DNA of 64,000 nucleotides from an uncultured delta proteobacterium (GCA_963771465.1 CAVYTU010000012.1:64001-128000), one strand, 5' to 3'. Numbered from the stretch's first letter, positions 21,343 to 31,001 are shown. A program made the numbers and translations. Notes: generated from the letters alone by a model not told the origin.

Positions 21343-21795
21343 ATGATAGCGAAAAATTTCAAATCAAGGCCGCCATTAACCAAAAGCCGCGGTTTTACGA
21401 TCATTGAGTTAATGGTCGTCATGGGAGTTTTCGCGATATTAACAGCAATCGCGGTGCCCCAGTTTAGCGCTATGCAACCGAAGTTCCGTTTGGACGGCGC
21501 AGCCCGGCAAGTGTTTAGCGAACTTATGTCGGCGCGGGCAAAAGCGGTGAACGAAAATATCACCTATACGGTAACTTTCCCCAATACCTACACCGTGCAA
21601 ATTGTCGGATCGGCAACGAGAACGGTAAATCTTCGGACACTTTTCGATTCCGATGTCACGGTGTCGAGTACCGCGGCGACGATCAATCTGTCGTCACGCG
21701 GAACCTCGGATGTAGGCTCCACGATCACCGTTACCAATGCCGCCGGAAGCAAGACCGTATCGCTTAGGATCACCGGCGGCGCGACGATCAGCTGA
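21343..21795 (+). CDS. fimT: FimT/GspH-like minor pilin
   Basis: Class III signal KSRG|FTIIELMVV; LDGAARQVFSELMSARAKAV helix. Confidence 0.85.
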   Translation: MIAKNFKSRPPLTKSRGFTIIELMVVMGVFAILTAIAVPQFSAMQPKFRLDGAARQVFSELMSARAKAVNENITYTVTFPNTYTVQIVGSATRTVNLRTLFDSDVTVSSTAATINLSSRGTSDVGSTITVTNAAGSKTVSLRITGGATIS

Positions 21796-22211
21796 TGCGC
21801 AACACGATGAAATTAAGATTTCTCAAAGCGGCGCAGAACGAGAAAGGGTTCACACTCATCGAACTCTTCACCGCCATCTTCATACTAACAACCGGTTTAT
21901 TGGGAACGGCGGCGATGACCGCGAGCGTGATACGCGGCAACGTGGCTGGCAGGAACCAGACAACCGCGACGGCGATCGCGGAGTCATGCTTTCAAGAAAA
22001 CCGCCGGGTCGGCTATCTCCTTGCTGGGACCACGGGTTGCGTTGGCTCGGCGGCGGTGTCGCTCGGCGGCGTAACCTTTACGCGAGTCTTGGCCGCTGTC
22101 GATACCTCAGTGACCAATATGAAAACTCTCACCGTGACGGTTAGCTGGTCGGAGGGTACGGCCGGCAATCGATCGATTACAATGAAAACGAGCATTGCTT
22201 ACGGAAGCTGA
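21795..22211 (+). CDS. pilV: PilV-like minor pilin
   Basis: NEKG|FTLIEL; ATAIAE; VTVSW. Confidence 0.8.
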   Translation: MRNTMKLRFLKAAQNEKGFTLIELFTAIFILTTGLLGTAAMTASVIRGNVAGRNQTTATAIAESCFQENRRVGYLLAGTTGCVGSAAVSLGGVTFTRVLAAVDTSVTNMKTLTVTVSWSEGTAGNRSITMKTSIAYGS

Positions 22212-22216
22212 GTGAT

Positions 22217-22819
22217 ATGCGTCGAGGGATACATACAGATCGTGCCGGATTTACTCTGATCGAGATGATGGTGTCGATGACCATCGGGATGTTGGTCATC
22301 GCCGGCGTCACCGGCACGTTCACCGCTCAGACTCGTCAGAACAAAGCTGAGGAAGAGATATCCCAGATGCATCAGAATGTCCGCGGCGCCATCGATTTAA
22401 TTGGCCGCGAACTCATGCAAGCCGGTTACAAGGCTTCCGGAGGTAGTGTGACAGGAGTCACCTACAACGCGTCGCAGCTGCTCATTCAGGCTGATATCGA
22501 TGGTAACGGCGCTATCGATCCCACGAACAACACGAGCCTTGAATATATCGTCTATGTATGGGACTCGGCAAATATGCGAATAACCCGGCAGCTCGGGACC
22601 GGGGGTACGCCGCAAATAGTCGCGGATAACATAACGGCGTGCACATTTAGCTACAACGACGCAAGCGGTGTGTCGACAACGACGAGCTCCTTGATTCGGA
22701 AAGTAACCGTCAACATTACCGGCAGGACCGCCAAAGTCGATCCAAGCTATTCGAGCAACGGTGGATACCGTACTTATCAACTCAGCGTTGATGTCACTCC
22801 GCCCAATTTGGCGCTCTAG
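22217..22819 (+). CDS. pilW: PilW-like minor pilin
   Basis: DRAG|FTLIEMMVS; RELMQAGY; C-terminal PPNL. Confidence 0.85.
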   Translation: MRRGIHTDRAGFTLIEMMVSMTIGMLVIAGVTGTFTAQTRQNKAEEEISQMHQNVRGAIDLIGRELMQAGYKASGGSVTGVTYNASQLLIQADIDGNGAIDPTNNTSLEYIVYVWDSANMRITRQLGTGGTPQIVADNITACTFSYNDASGVSTTTSSLIRKVTVNITGRTAKVDPSYSSNGGYRTYQLSVDVTPPNLAL

Positions 22820-22837
22820 CAGCGCGGGAGACTATAG

Positions 22838-24025
22838 ATGAAAGTAGCAGCTAATATTGCGAGAAGTTCCTGCGCGAGAATTCTCAGTAAGGACGACGGC
22901 TTCATCCTAATCGCAGCACTCACGCTCATGGCGACCCTCGTCTTGGTCGGAGCGACGACCTATATAGTTTCGTCGAGCAACGCCAAAGTCGGGGCCAATT
23001 TCAAGACTAGTCAAACAGCATTGCAAGTGGCGATGGCGGGGGCGGAAAGGGGACGTGAAATATTGCGCGCGCTCAACGCGTCCAGCACTAACAAAACCCA
23101 ATTCAGCGAGGAACTGGCACAATATGTCGGGGCCAATGGCCAACTGAATGGCAACGCGACGTCAAGCGACGATCCGCTCTTGGCTACGGGAACTTTGGGA
23201 AATTATGCCTACAACGCATATTTAACTAACAACAGCAGTGCGACCGACTCGCAGATGAGTACGACTGACAATGACGGTATTGCGATGATTACTACGATAG
23301 CGACTGGACCAAATAACTCCAAGGCAGTGGTTATCACTCAGGTCAAGACATACTCTATCCCTAATGCACCCGGGGCTATTTACTCCAAAGACAATGTCAC
23401 CTTGAACGGAAGTTCGCTATCGATCGACGGCAACGATGCTTCTGGTTGCGGCGGCACCAATCAGCCTCCCGTTTACACAATGGATCCCGCATATACCTGT
23501 TATCCAGGAACGACTGAAACGCGCTGCGGTAATCCCAACAACGCCAACGGTCCGAATTTGACAGGCAACCCGAGCACGCCTCAATACGGTAGTACGAGCA
23601 TTGATATCAACACACTGGTAAGCGAACTCAAAAACGCGGCGACGAATGTTCTCACCGAAAATCAGACCAATGCGACATTCGGCGGAGCTAGTGATTATCG
23701 GGTCGTTTACGCCGATGCCACTACGCTCACAGGTGGCGAACTTAGGTTAAACAATGTAACCGGATATGGGATACTGGTCGTGAAGGGTAATTTGCAACTC
23801 GCGGGTAACCTCACTTGGAACGGTCCAATCATCGTCACGGGGATTGTCACATCCAGCGGTGGCGGTAGCGACCCCAAGAACATCCAGGGCCAGGTCATTT
23901 CCGGAAGTAGTGCGCTAGGCGACACAACTGTCAGCGGTAGCATCTCTGTTGGTTACAATAGTTGCAACGTTCGCAATGCGTTCTCCGTGGCGCCTTTAAA
24001 AGTCGTTAACTGGAAAAACAACTGA
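22838..24025 (+). CDS. pilX: PilX-like minor pilin with large C-terminal beta-rich domain
   Basis: KDDG|FILIAALTL (no Glu5, typical of PilX); ALQVAMAGAE; GYGILVVKGNL...WNGPIIVTG. Confidence 0.8.
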   Translation: MKVAANIARSSCARILSKDDGFILIAALTLMATLVLVGATTYIVSSSNAKVGANFKTSQTALQVAMAGAERGREILRALNASSTNKTQFSEELAQYVGANGQLNGNATSSDDPLLATGTLGNYAYNAYLTNNSSATDSQMSTTDNDGIAMITTIATGPNNSKAVVITQVKTYSIPNAPGAIYSKDNVTLNGSSLSIDGNDASGCGGTNQPPVYTMDPAYTCYPGTTETRCGNPNNANGPNLTGNPSTPQYGSTSIDINTLVSELKNAATNVLTENQTNATFGGASDYRVVYADATTLTGGELRLNNVTGYGILVVKGNLQLAGNLTWNGPIIVTGIVTSSGGGSDPKNIQGQVISGSSALGDTTVSGSISVGYNSCNVRNAFSVAPLKVVNWKNN

Positions 24026-24035
24026 TTCAGTTAAA

Positions 24036-24581
24036 CTATTTTCCTATTGCCTCGTCTACCGCCGCGCCCATTTTTTGCAGCTCATTAAATTCGCGGCCAT
24101 AATCGAGGAATAACCGGTTGTCCTTAAGAATCTTGTTCTTGTAGTCAGAGATATCCTTGAGAAGCGCGCGAGCGTCCTCAGGGAACATGCCACGAATACC
24201 TTCTGACCGCTCCTTGAGTTTTGCTACGTCTTGCGTGATCGTATCGTTTTCGTTCTTTTCGGCTGGTGATTTCGTCTCGGTTGCTGGTGTTCTTTTTGTC
24301 GACTCTAATTCGCTTTCTTGTGAATTCGTCTGAGGCTTTTCTGCCGGATCCGTCGCGGTCGCCACTCGGATTACTTGTTCAGTTTTTTCAATCTTCCCTA
24401 CAAATGCCTTGTCGATGCCGAAGATGCCACCATAGGTGTCGAATAGTATTTGGCTGCCTTCTTGCCAGTAGCGGGTGGTGACGTATTCGTTGCCGTTCTT
24501 CAGTTTGATCACATAGGCCGCGCTGGCGACGTCGAGCATCCCGCACGCGGTAACGATGAAAGCGATCACTTTTTTCTGCAT
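24036..24581 (-). CDS. Secreted hypothetical protein
   Basis: Signal peptide ending ASA; YVIKLKNG beta domain, low-complexity linker, helical C-terminus. Confidence 0.7.
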   Translation of the reverse strand: MQKKVIAFIVTACGMLDVASAAYVIKLKNGNEYVTTRYWQEGSQILFDTYGGIFGIDKAFVGKIEKTEQVIRVATATDPAEKPQTNSQESELESTKRTPATETKSPAEKNENDTITQDVAKLKERSEGIRGMFPEDARALLKDISDYKNKILKDNRLFLDYGREFNELQKMGAAVDEAIGK

Positions 24582-24744
24582 TTTTACTCTCGTCTCGATT
24601 CTGGGGTCATTTTACCATCTATCAACGCCACTGCCAAAAGTTTCTTTCAAGTCAGAGTTTCGTTACGATAGTCTCCCCTCTTGATGACCCTAGCCGCGCA
24701 GAAAATTATTGAGAGTTAAACGAACCTTGTGTTAGATTAAGCCG

Positions 24745-25392
24745 ATGTCGGGAACGCTGCGGAGTTCGTCTACTTCGATCATACTCCTCCTTGCTATTTC
24801 TTTTAGCAGCGATCGGGCTGAACCCGCGGAAATGAAAGCGGCGGTTTCCGGTTCTCCGACGGCGAATCTTCGCGCGGGCGCAGGGGTTGACCATCCGCTC
24901 AAACTGACTCTCAAAGAAGGCGACCAAGTCACTGTCGAAAAAGCTGAAGGTGAGTGGTTTCTCGTCGCGGCCGCTGACGGGCAGAAGGGTTACATCCATA
25001 AAAACCTGCTAAGGCTTGCCGGCGAGACTTTAGCACAATCTGTAGCCGGTCAAACTCCGATTCAGAAAGTTGCCGCCGCACAAGGCAAGGAGCCTGCGAA
25101 AGAAGCGACACCTCCGGCAGCGGTTGGTCCTGCCAGTCAAAGTCCAACGGTTGCGCCAACGAAGGCGGGTGGTTCGTCTAAGACGACACCTCCTGCAACC
25201 GTATCCGCGGCGGCACCGCAACGCGAGCCGGAAGCGAAATCGCAGTCGATTCTGCAAATGATCGAAGGTCATGAGGCTGAAGTTAAAATCGCCGCTCTGG
25301 TCGCCGCGATCGCATTTGTGCTGGGTTGGTTTTGCGGCGGCAGTTACTACATCCGGCGGGAACGTAAGACGCGGCGCAAACTTCGTTTCTGA
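24745..25392 (+). CDS. Bacterial SH3-domain protein with C-terminal membrane anchor
   Basis: ANLRAGAG...LKEGDQVTV..EGEWFLV..GQKGYIH; Pro/Ala linker; TM followed by a basic tail. Confidence 0.8.
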   Translation: MSGTLRSSSTSIILLLAISFSSDRAEPAEMKAAVSGSPTANLRAGAGVDHPLKLTLKEGDQVTVEKAEGEWFLVAAADGQKGYIHKNLLRLAGETLAQSVAGQTPIQKVAAAQGKEPAKEATPPAAVGPASQSPTVAPTKAGGSSKTTPPATVSAAAPQREPEAKSQSILQMIEGHEAEVKIAALVAAIAFVLGWFCGGSYYIRRERKTRRKLRF

Positions 25393-25419
25393 GCGGTCTG
25401 GCGCCGACACGTCGCACCG

Positions 25420-26007
25420 ATGCTCGTGATCATCCTGCTCATTTTTGCCGCCTATGTAATCGGCTCAGTGCCGACCGGTTATCTACTCGGCAAACTTCGC
25501 GGCGTCGACGTCAGAACGATCGGCAGCGGCAACGTCGGCGCAACCAATGTCGCCCGCGCGGTTGGCAAGTCTCAAGGCATCATCACACTAATCGCCGACG
25601 CGGCGAAAGGTTATTTGCCGGTCTTTACGGCGCTACAGTTGGGACAAGATTCGCTAACTGTTGCACTGACGGCAATCGCGGCATTCCTCGGCCATCTCTA
25701 TCCGCTGTTTTTGAATTTTCGGGGAGGAAAAGGCGTGGCCACCGGCTTCGGAGCGCTCCTGGCTTTGGCGCCGATGGCCACGTTGGTTTTGGTCGTCGTT
25801 TTTGCACTTACGGCGGTTGCGACTCGAATCGTTTCCCTTGGTTCCCTCGCCACGGCGGTGGCAGCGCCGTTAAGTCTCTGGCTCTTCCATCAACCGGCGG
25901 CCATCGTTGCCATGGGCTGCTTTCTCGGCGCGATGGTGATCAGGCGCCACCGCGCAAACATCCGACGCTTGCTTGCCGGCACCGAGCCGCGTTTTGGTGC
26001 CGACTAA
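25420..26007 (+). CDS. plsY: Glycerol-3-phosphate acyltransferase PlsY
   Basis: GSGNVGATN, DAAKG, GHLYP, GGKGVAT, HRANIRRL. Confidence 0.97.
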   Translation: MLVIILLIFAAYVIGSVPTGYLLGKLRGVDVRTIGSGNVGATNVARAVGKSQGIITLIADAAKGYLPVFTALQLGQDSLTVALTAIAAFLGHLYPLFLNFRGGKGVATGFGALLALAPMATLVLVVVFALTAVATRIVSLGSLATAVAAPLSLWLFHQPAAIVAMGCFLGAMVIRRHRANIRRLLAGTEPRFGAD

Positions 26008-26711
26008 TTTTCTATAATAACTTCGACGCGGCGATTTTGTTGGCGTCCGCTTTCGTTGTCGTTGGTTGCCACCGGTGCGCGGGTGCCGAGACCCTGCGAT
26101 GAAATATTTCGGCCATTGACACCGTTTCGCTCCAAGGCATCGGCGACCGTGCCAGCACGCCGCTCGGACAGACGCTGATTGTAGGCTTCCTGTGCGGCGC
26201 TTTCCCGGCTGGCGTGACCTTCGACGACGATCCGGCGGTCGGGCGCGTCACGGCGAATGATGCCGGCGATTTGATCGACTTTGCTTCTACCATCGCGGGT
26301 CAAGTCGGCGCTGTCGAACTCAAAATTGACGCTCGGCAGATTGACCAAGACGCCGCGACTGGTCTCTTTCGCTTCGATATTGCGTTTGCGCAGCTCTTCG
26401 ATCAGAGCGCGGTTTTTTTCAAGTTCGGCGCGTTGCTGATCGATCGCCTTCTGCTGCTCCTTTTGCTTGTTATCCTGGCCTTGGAGCTGGTCGCCGATGA
26501 GCGCGCCGGTGCCCAATCCTAGGAGGCCGCCAATTGCTGCGCCGGTTCCGGGTCGACCGACTGCCGCGCCGATCAATCCGCCAGCCGCCGCTCCTCCGAG
26601 GGCGCCGATACCCGCGCCTTTTTCGCGGGTGGTGATTTCACCACCGGCACATCCGGCGAGCACCGCGGCAAGTAATAATGATCCAGTAGATAATTGCTTG
26701 AACATGCTCAT
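26004..26711 (-). CDS. Glycine-zipper lipoprotein with OmpA-like peptidoglycan-binding domain
   Basis: Lipobox LAGC; GxxxG zipper; FEFDSA, NQRLSERRA, NRRVE. Confidence 0.9.
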   Translation of the reverse strand: MSMFKQLSTGSLLLAAVLAGCAGGEITTREKGAGIGALGGAAAGGLIGAAVGRPGTGAAIGGLLGLGTGALIGDQLQGQDNKQKEQQKAIDQQRAELEKNRALIEELRKRNIEAKETSRGVLVNLPSVNFEFDSADLTRDGRSKVDQIAGIIRRDAPDRRIVVEGHASRESAAQEAYNQRLSERRAGTVADALERNGVNGRNISSQGLGTRAPVATNDNESGRQQNRRVEVIIEN

Positions 26712-26835
26712 AACCCTCCTGAGCCTCGATGGCTAATGTAGTCGATCGCAATGTGTTAGACGTTTCGAACCTCAGCGCGCACTTAATTTCGAGCAAGCCA
26801 TTTAGAAAACTTCTCGCCGGAACGGGCGCGGGGGA

Positions 26836-27174
26836 CTAATACTCGCCTTGACGGCGCAATTTCTCCAGTTCTCTGCGCTGCCGCTCGATTTCAGCTTGAT
26901 TGGAGTCCATCTGCTTTTGTTGGTCGGCTTGTTTGATTTCCTGCCCTTGGAGTTGGTCGCCAATCAAGGCGCCGGCGCCGAGTCCAAGCGTGCCGCCGAC
27001 CGCCGCGCCGACTCCAGGCGCACCCACGGCCGCTCCGATGATACCACCTAGCGCAGCGCCGCCGAAAGCGCCGATGCCTGCGCCTTTTTCTCGCGTGGTC
27101 AAGTTACCGCCGGCGCAGCCGACGAGCGTGCCGACAAGCACAACAATCATGAGAGTGTTGACTGAACGATTCAT
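26836..27174 (-). CDS. Glycine-zipper lipoprotein lacking OmpA domain (paralogue of the neighbour)
   Basis: Lipobox LVGC; TTREKGAGIGA...GALIGDQLQGQ shared with 26004-26711; GGAGG RBS. Confidence 0.85.
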   Translation of the reverse strand: MNRSVNTLMIVVLVGTLVGCAGGNLTTREKGAGIGAFGGAALGGIIGAAVGAPGVGAAVGGTLGLGAGALIGDQLQGQEIKQADQQKQMDSNQAEIERQRRELEKLRRQGEY

Positions 27175-27341
27175 CGTACCTCCTGAGATGTGTTCACGAT
27201 AGGAAGGTTTGGAGCTAGCGAAATATTAGCAAAACCGGCTTACGCCAGCAAGTTACGATGATCGATTTCGCGAACGGAGTACACTCAACCATTGCAATTA
27301 GACGATGGAAACACGGAATGGTTAATCCGCGTCAGCCATTG

Positions 27342-27371
27342 TTGACATCGTAGACCTTATAAGTCTATAGT
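27342..27371 (+). promoter_or_regulatory. Sigma-70 promoter of mrp with internal palindrome (Rrf2/IscR-like)
   Basis: TTGACA-18-TATAGT; TAGAC-CTTATAA-GTCTA palindrome in the spacer. Confidence 0.65.
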
Positions 27372-27394
27372 TTTTTCGCGTCGAAAGGAAAAAA

Positions 27395-28495
27395 GTGGAA
27401 TCGATTACCCAGGAAAACATTATCGCCGCTCTCAGCACGGTTCAGGATCCGGAACTGCATCGCGACATCGTCAGTTTGGGAATGGTGAAAAATCTCGCTG
27501 TGAATAGCGGCAGAGTCAGCTTTACCGTGGAACTCACGACGCCAGCTTGTCCGCTACGTGAAACCATTGAAAACGATTGTAAGAAGGCGTTGGCAGCCGT
27601 GCCCGGCATCAGCGGATTGGAAATCAGCTTTGGCGCGCAGGTGCGCGGCAGCAAGGCCGGCGCCGGTCAAACCGATTTACTGCCGACGGTGAAAAATGTC
27701 GTGCTCGTGGCCGCGGGTAAGGGTGGCGTGGGCAAATCGACCGTTGCCGCCAATCTTGCCGTTGCGTTGAAAATGCACGGTGCCAAGACTGGACTGCTCG
27801 ATGCCGATATCTACGGTCCGTCGGTGCCGATCATCATGGGGGTGAAAGGCGAACCGAATAAAGTTGACGTCGACGGCGGGCAGAAAATCGCGCCGGCGAT
27901 GGCGCATGGTGTTCCCGTCATGTCGATCGGCTTTTTTCTCGATCCCGACCAGGCGGTGATCTGGCGTGGGCCGATGTTGGGCAAGGCGCTGCACCAATTG
28001 ATGGCCGACGTGCATTGGGGCGAATTAGACTATCTCGTCGTCGATATGCCGCCGGGCACGGGCGATGTGCAGATTACTTTCTCGCAGCAGCTCAAAGTAA
28101 GCGGCGCCTTATTGGTGGCGACACCGCAAAAGGTGGCGCTCGCCGACGTTGTACGGGCGAAGAGCATGTTCGACAAAGTGATGATTCCGATCGTCGGGCT
28201 GGTCGAGAACATGAGCTACTTCATCTGCGATGGTTGCAACAAAGAGCATGATATCTTTGCTCGCGGCGGCGCGAAGCAAGCCGCCGAGCGGTTCCAGATT
28301 CCCTTTCTCGGTGAGATTCCGATCACGCCGGCGCTGCGCAAAGGCGGCGACGAGGGCGTGCCGATATTGATTCAAGATCCGAATTCACCGGTGAGCAAAA
28401 GTTTCTTGGAGATCGCGGCGAAATTAGCGGGACAGCTATCGATTGCCTCGGAGCGCGCGCAAAAGGCACAGGGACTCAAGATCGTATCGAGTTAG
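27395..28495 (+). CDS. apbC: Mrp/ApbC Fe-S cluster carrier ATPase
   Basis: N-terminal DUF59 (DPEL, TTPACP), GKGGVGKST, DADIYGPS, WRGP, DMPPGTGD, ENMS..CDGC. Confidence 0.95.
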   Translation: MESITQENIIAALSTVQDPELHRDIVSLGMVKNLAVNSGRVSFTVELTTPACPLRETIENDCKKALAAVPGISGLEISFGAQVRGSKAGAGQTDLLPTVKNVVLVAAGKGGVGKSTVAANLAVALKMHGAKTGLLDADIYGPSVPIIMGVKGEPNKVDVDGGQKIAPAMAHGVPVMSIGFFLDPDQAVIWRGPMLGKALHQLMADVHWGELDYLVVDMPPGTGDVQITFSQQLKVSGALLVATPQKVALADVVRAKSMFDKVMIPIVGLVENMSYFICDGCNKEHDIFARGGAKQAAERFQIPFLGEIPITPALRKGGDEGVPILIQDPNSPVSKSFLEIAAKLAGQLSIASERAQKAQGLKIVSS

Positions 28496-28535
28496 CGATT
28501 CTGTCCATAAGTGACGGAGCATAGAGAGGTAAACC

Positions 28536-28835
28536 ATGATTACGAAAGACCAAGTCTACGAAGCGTTGCACGAATGCTACGACCCGGAGATTCCGGTCAA
28601 CATCGTCGACCTCGGTTTGGTTTACGATGTCGAAGTCAATGACGACAAGGTCGCGGTCAAGATGACGCTTACGGCGCCCGGCTGCGGCATGGGGACGATG
28701 ATCGCCGCGGACGCCAAGGAAAAAATCATGGCCATCGATGGCGTCGGCGACGCGACGGTCGATTTGGTCTGGGATCCGCCGTGGAATCCGAGCATGATCG
28801 CCGAAGAGGCCAAGCAGCGCCTCGGCATTGTTTAG
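28536..28835 (+). CDS. sufT: SufT/DUF59 Fe-S assembly protein
   Basis: [31 protein letters not shown]. Confidence 0.9.
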   Translation: MITKDQVYEALHECYDPEIPVNIVDLGLVYDVEVNDDKVAVKMTLTAPGCGMGTMIAADAKEKIMAIDGVGDATVDLVWDPPWNPSMIAEEAKQRLGIV

Positions 28836-28874
28836 TTCGCTCCGACCAGATCAATTTCAGCTCTGACTGCAACG

Positions 28875-30134
28875 ATGGTCGACAAGCCGAGAATTCGCCC
28901 GATCGAAGCCTTTCCCGTCCAACACGACGGCAAAACTCTCATCTATCTCAAAGACCCGCTCAATCTTGCCACGCCGATCGGCATCTCGCCGGTGGGATAT
29001 TTTTTGCTGGCGCATCTCGACGGCGGTCATTCTTTCATCGATATCCAAGCAGCCTACAATCAACGCTTCGGCGCGCTGCTGATGAGCGATGAGTTTAAAG
29101 GCTTCGTCGCTATGCTCGATCAACACCACTATTTGGAAAGCGAGCGGTTCGAAAAATATCGCAAAGCGGTGCTGCTGGAATTTCGCCGGCTGCCGACCCG
29201 CGCTCCTGCCCATGTCGGCGGCGGCTACAAGAGCGATCCGATGGAATTGACCGCGCAGCTCGACAGCTACTTTCTTGCGCCGAAAGGTCCTGGGCTGCCG
29301 TCGGCCGTGAACGGCGCTGCGGCGCCAAAGGCCCCCAAAGCAGTTGTCGCGCCGCACATCGATTTTCACCGCGGCGGACCAGCCTACGCCTGGGCATACA
29401 AACCGCTCGCGGATAGCGCAGGCGCCGATCTCTACATTATTCTCGGCACGTCGCATTGCAGCGGCCAGACTCCTTACATTCTGACGCGCAAGGACTTTGA
29501 AACTCCTCTGGGATTGGTCGAAACCGATGCTGAGTTTGTCAGCCGCTTGCAGGCCAAGTGCGCCGAGGACTGTTTTGCCGACGAGTATCTCCACCGCGGC
29601 GAGCATTCCATCGAGTTCCAAGTGCTGTTTCTAAAATATGTCGCGCAGAAGCGCGCGGCGTTGACGGGCCAGCCGGAAAAGCCGTTTAAGATCGTGCCGA
29701 TATTGGTTTCATCATTTCATGAAATGATGATGAGCCGGACTTTGCCGGAGCAGACCGAAGCTGTCGGAACGTTTTTGCGCACGCTGCGGGAAATGGCGCA
29801 CGGCGATTCGCGGCGAGTATGTTTCGTTGCCGGTGTCGACCTCGCTCACGTCGGCCGGCAGTTCGGCGATACCGAACCGGTCACCGATGATTTTCTCAAA
29901 TGGGTCGAAGCGGAAGATCGCCAACTCGTCGATCGTCTTGCTTCACTCGACGCGCCGGGTTTTTTCAACGAGATCGCCAAGGATGAGGACAAGCGAAAAA
30001 TTTGCGGCTTCTCACCGCTCTATTCGCTGATTCACCTGCTCGACGGCGCCCGTGGTAATCATCTCCACTACGGTCAAGCATTCACAGCCGAGACCGGCTC
30101 CGCAGTGACGTTTACGAGTGTGATCTTTGAGTGA
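28875..30134 (+). CDS. MEMO1 family (AmmeMemoRadiSam protein B) with N-terminal extension
   Basis: APHIDF, ILGTSH, FETPLG, HRGEHSIEFQ, VDLAHVG, ICG. Confidence 0.88.
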   Translation: MVDKPRIRPIEAFPVQHDGKTLIYLKDPLNLATPIGISPVGYFLLAHLDGGHSFIDIQAAYNQRFGALLMSDEFKGFVAMLDQHHYLESERFEKYRKAVLLEFRRLPTRAPAHVGGGYKSDPMELTAQLDSYFLAPKGPGLPSAVNGAAAPKAPKAVVAPHIDFHRGGPAYAWAYKPLADSAGADLYIILGTSHCSGQTPYILTRKDFETPLGLVETDAEFVSRLQAKCAEDCFADEYLHRGEHSIEFQVLFLKYVAQKRAALTGQPEKPFKIVPILVSSFHEMMMSRTLPEQTEAVGTFLRTLREMAHGDSRRVCFVAGVDLAHVGRQFGDTEPVTDDFLKWVEAEDRQLVDRLASLDAPGFFNEIAKDEDKRKICGFSPLYSLIHLLDGARGNHLHYGQAFTAETGSAVTFTSVIFE

Positions 30135-30230
30135 CGAGATAGAGATAGAGAAAAGACACGGCGCTGTGTCATAGCTCTATCATCGTTTTCCATCTCTCCA
30201 TCTCAGTCCCTATCTTTCTTCTCGAATTCT

Positions 30231-30989
30231 TCAGTGCATATTCATGCCGCCGTCGACGCCGATGGCTTGGCCGGTCATGAAGTCGCTGTCGTCCGAGGCG
30301 AGGAATATAACTGTGCCCACCAAGTCTGCGGGGTATTGATCGCGCTGGAGTGCGCGGCGCTTTCTGCGGTCGGCGAGTTGTTCGGGACTGGTGACTCCTT
30401 CTTGGTTTGGGCTGGAGATAGTCAGGCCGGGCATGATGGAGTTCACGCAAATATTGTCGCCGCCCACTTCTCTGGCGAGAGCGCGGGTGAAACCGAGAAC
30501 ACCGGCTTTGGAAGACACATAGTGCAGAAAGAACGGCGTGCCGCTCTGCGTCGTGCCCGACGAGATGTTGATGATCTTGCCTTTTTGCTGTTGCTTCATC
30601 GCCGGGTAGACGGCTTTGACGCAAAGAAAGAGTCCTTTGACATTGACGGCCATGACCCGGTCCCATTCGTCCGTGTCGATCTCCATGAAGGCTTTCTTTT
30701 TTAGCGCGGAGTAGAGACCGGCGTTGTTTACCAGGATGTCGATGCGGCCGTATTCTTTTAACGCGGTCGCGGCCATCGCTTGGGTTTTTCCTGGCGAAGT
30801 CACGTCAACGGCCACGGCGATGGCTTCACCGCCCGCAGCTTTGATATCCGAGGCAACCTTTTTGGCTTCGGCTTCCTGAATGTCGGCGACCACAACTTTC
30901 GCGCCTTCTAATGCAAGTCCGTGTGCGTAAGCTTTGCCGATACCCACGCCGCCGCCGGTTACGATCGCAACTTTGTCTTTCAAGCGCAT
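30231..30989 (-). CDS. Short-chain dehydrogenase/reductase
   Basis: TGGGVGIG, NNAG, YVSSK. Confidence 0.93.
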   Translation of the reverse strand: MRLKDKVAIVTGGGVGIGKAYAHGLALEGAKVVVADIQEAEAKKVASDIKAAGGEAIAVAVDVTSPGKTQAMAATALKEYGRIDILVNNAGLYSALKKKAFMEIDTDEWDRVMAVNVKGLFLCVKAVYPAMKQQQKGKIINISSGTTQSGTPFFLHYVSSKAGVLGFTRALAREVGGDNICVNSIMPGLTISSPNQEGVTSPEQLADRRKRRALQRDQYPADLVGTVIFLASDDSDFMTGQAIGVDGGMNMH

Positions 30990-31001
30990 AATCCGTCTCC
31001 G

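Noticed and set aside
26755-26785. GGTTCGAAAC T-arm-like sequence on the minus strand
   Set aside because: No cloverleaf or acceptor stem can be built around it; not a tRNA.
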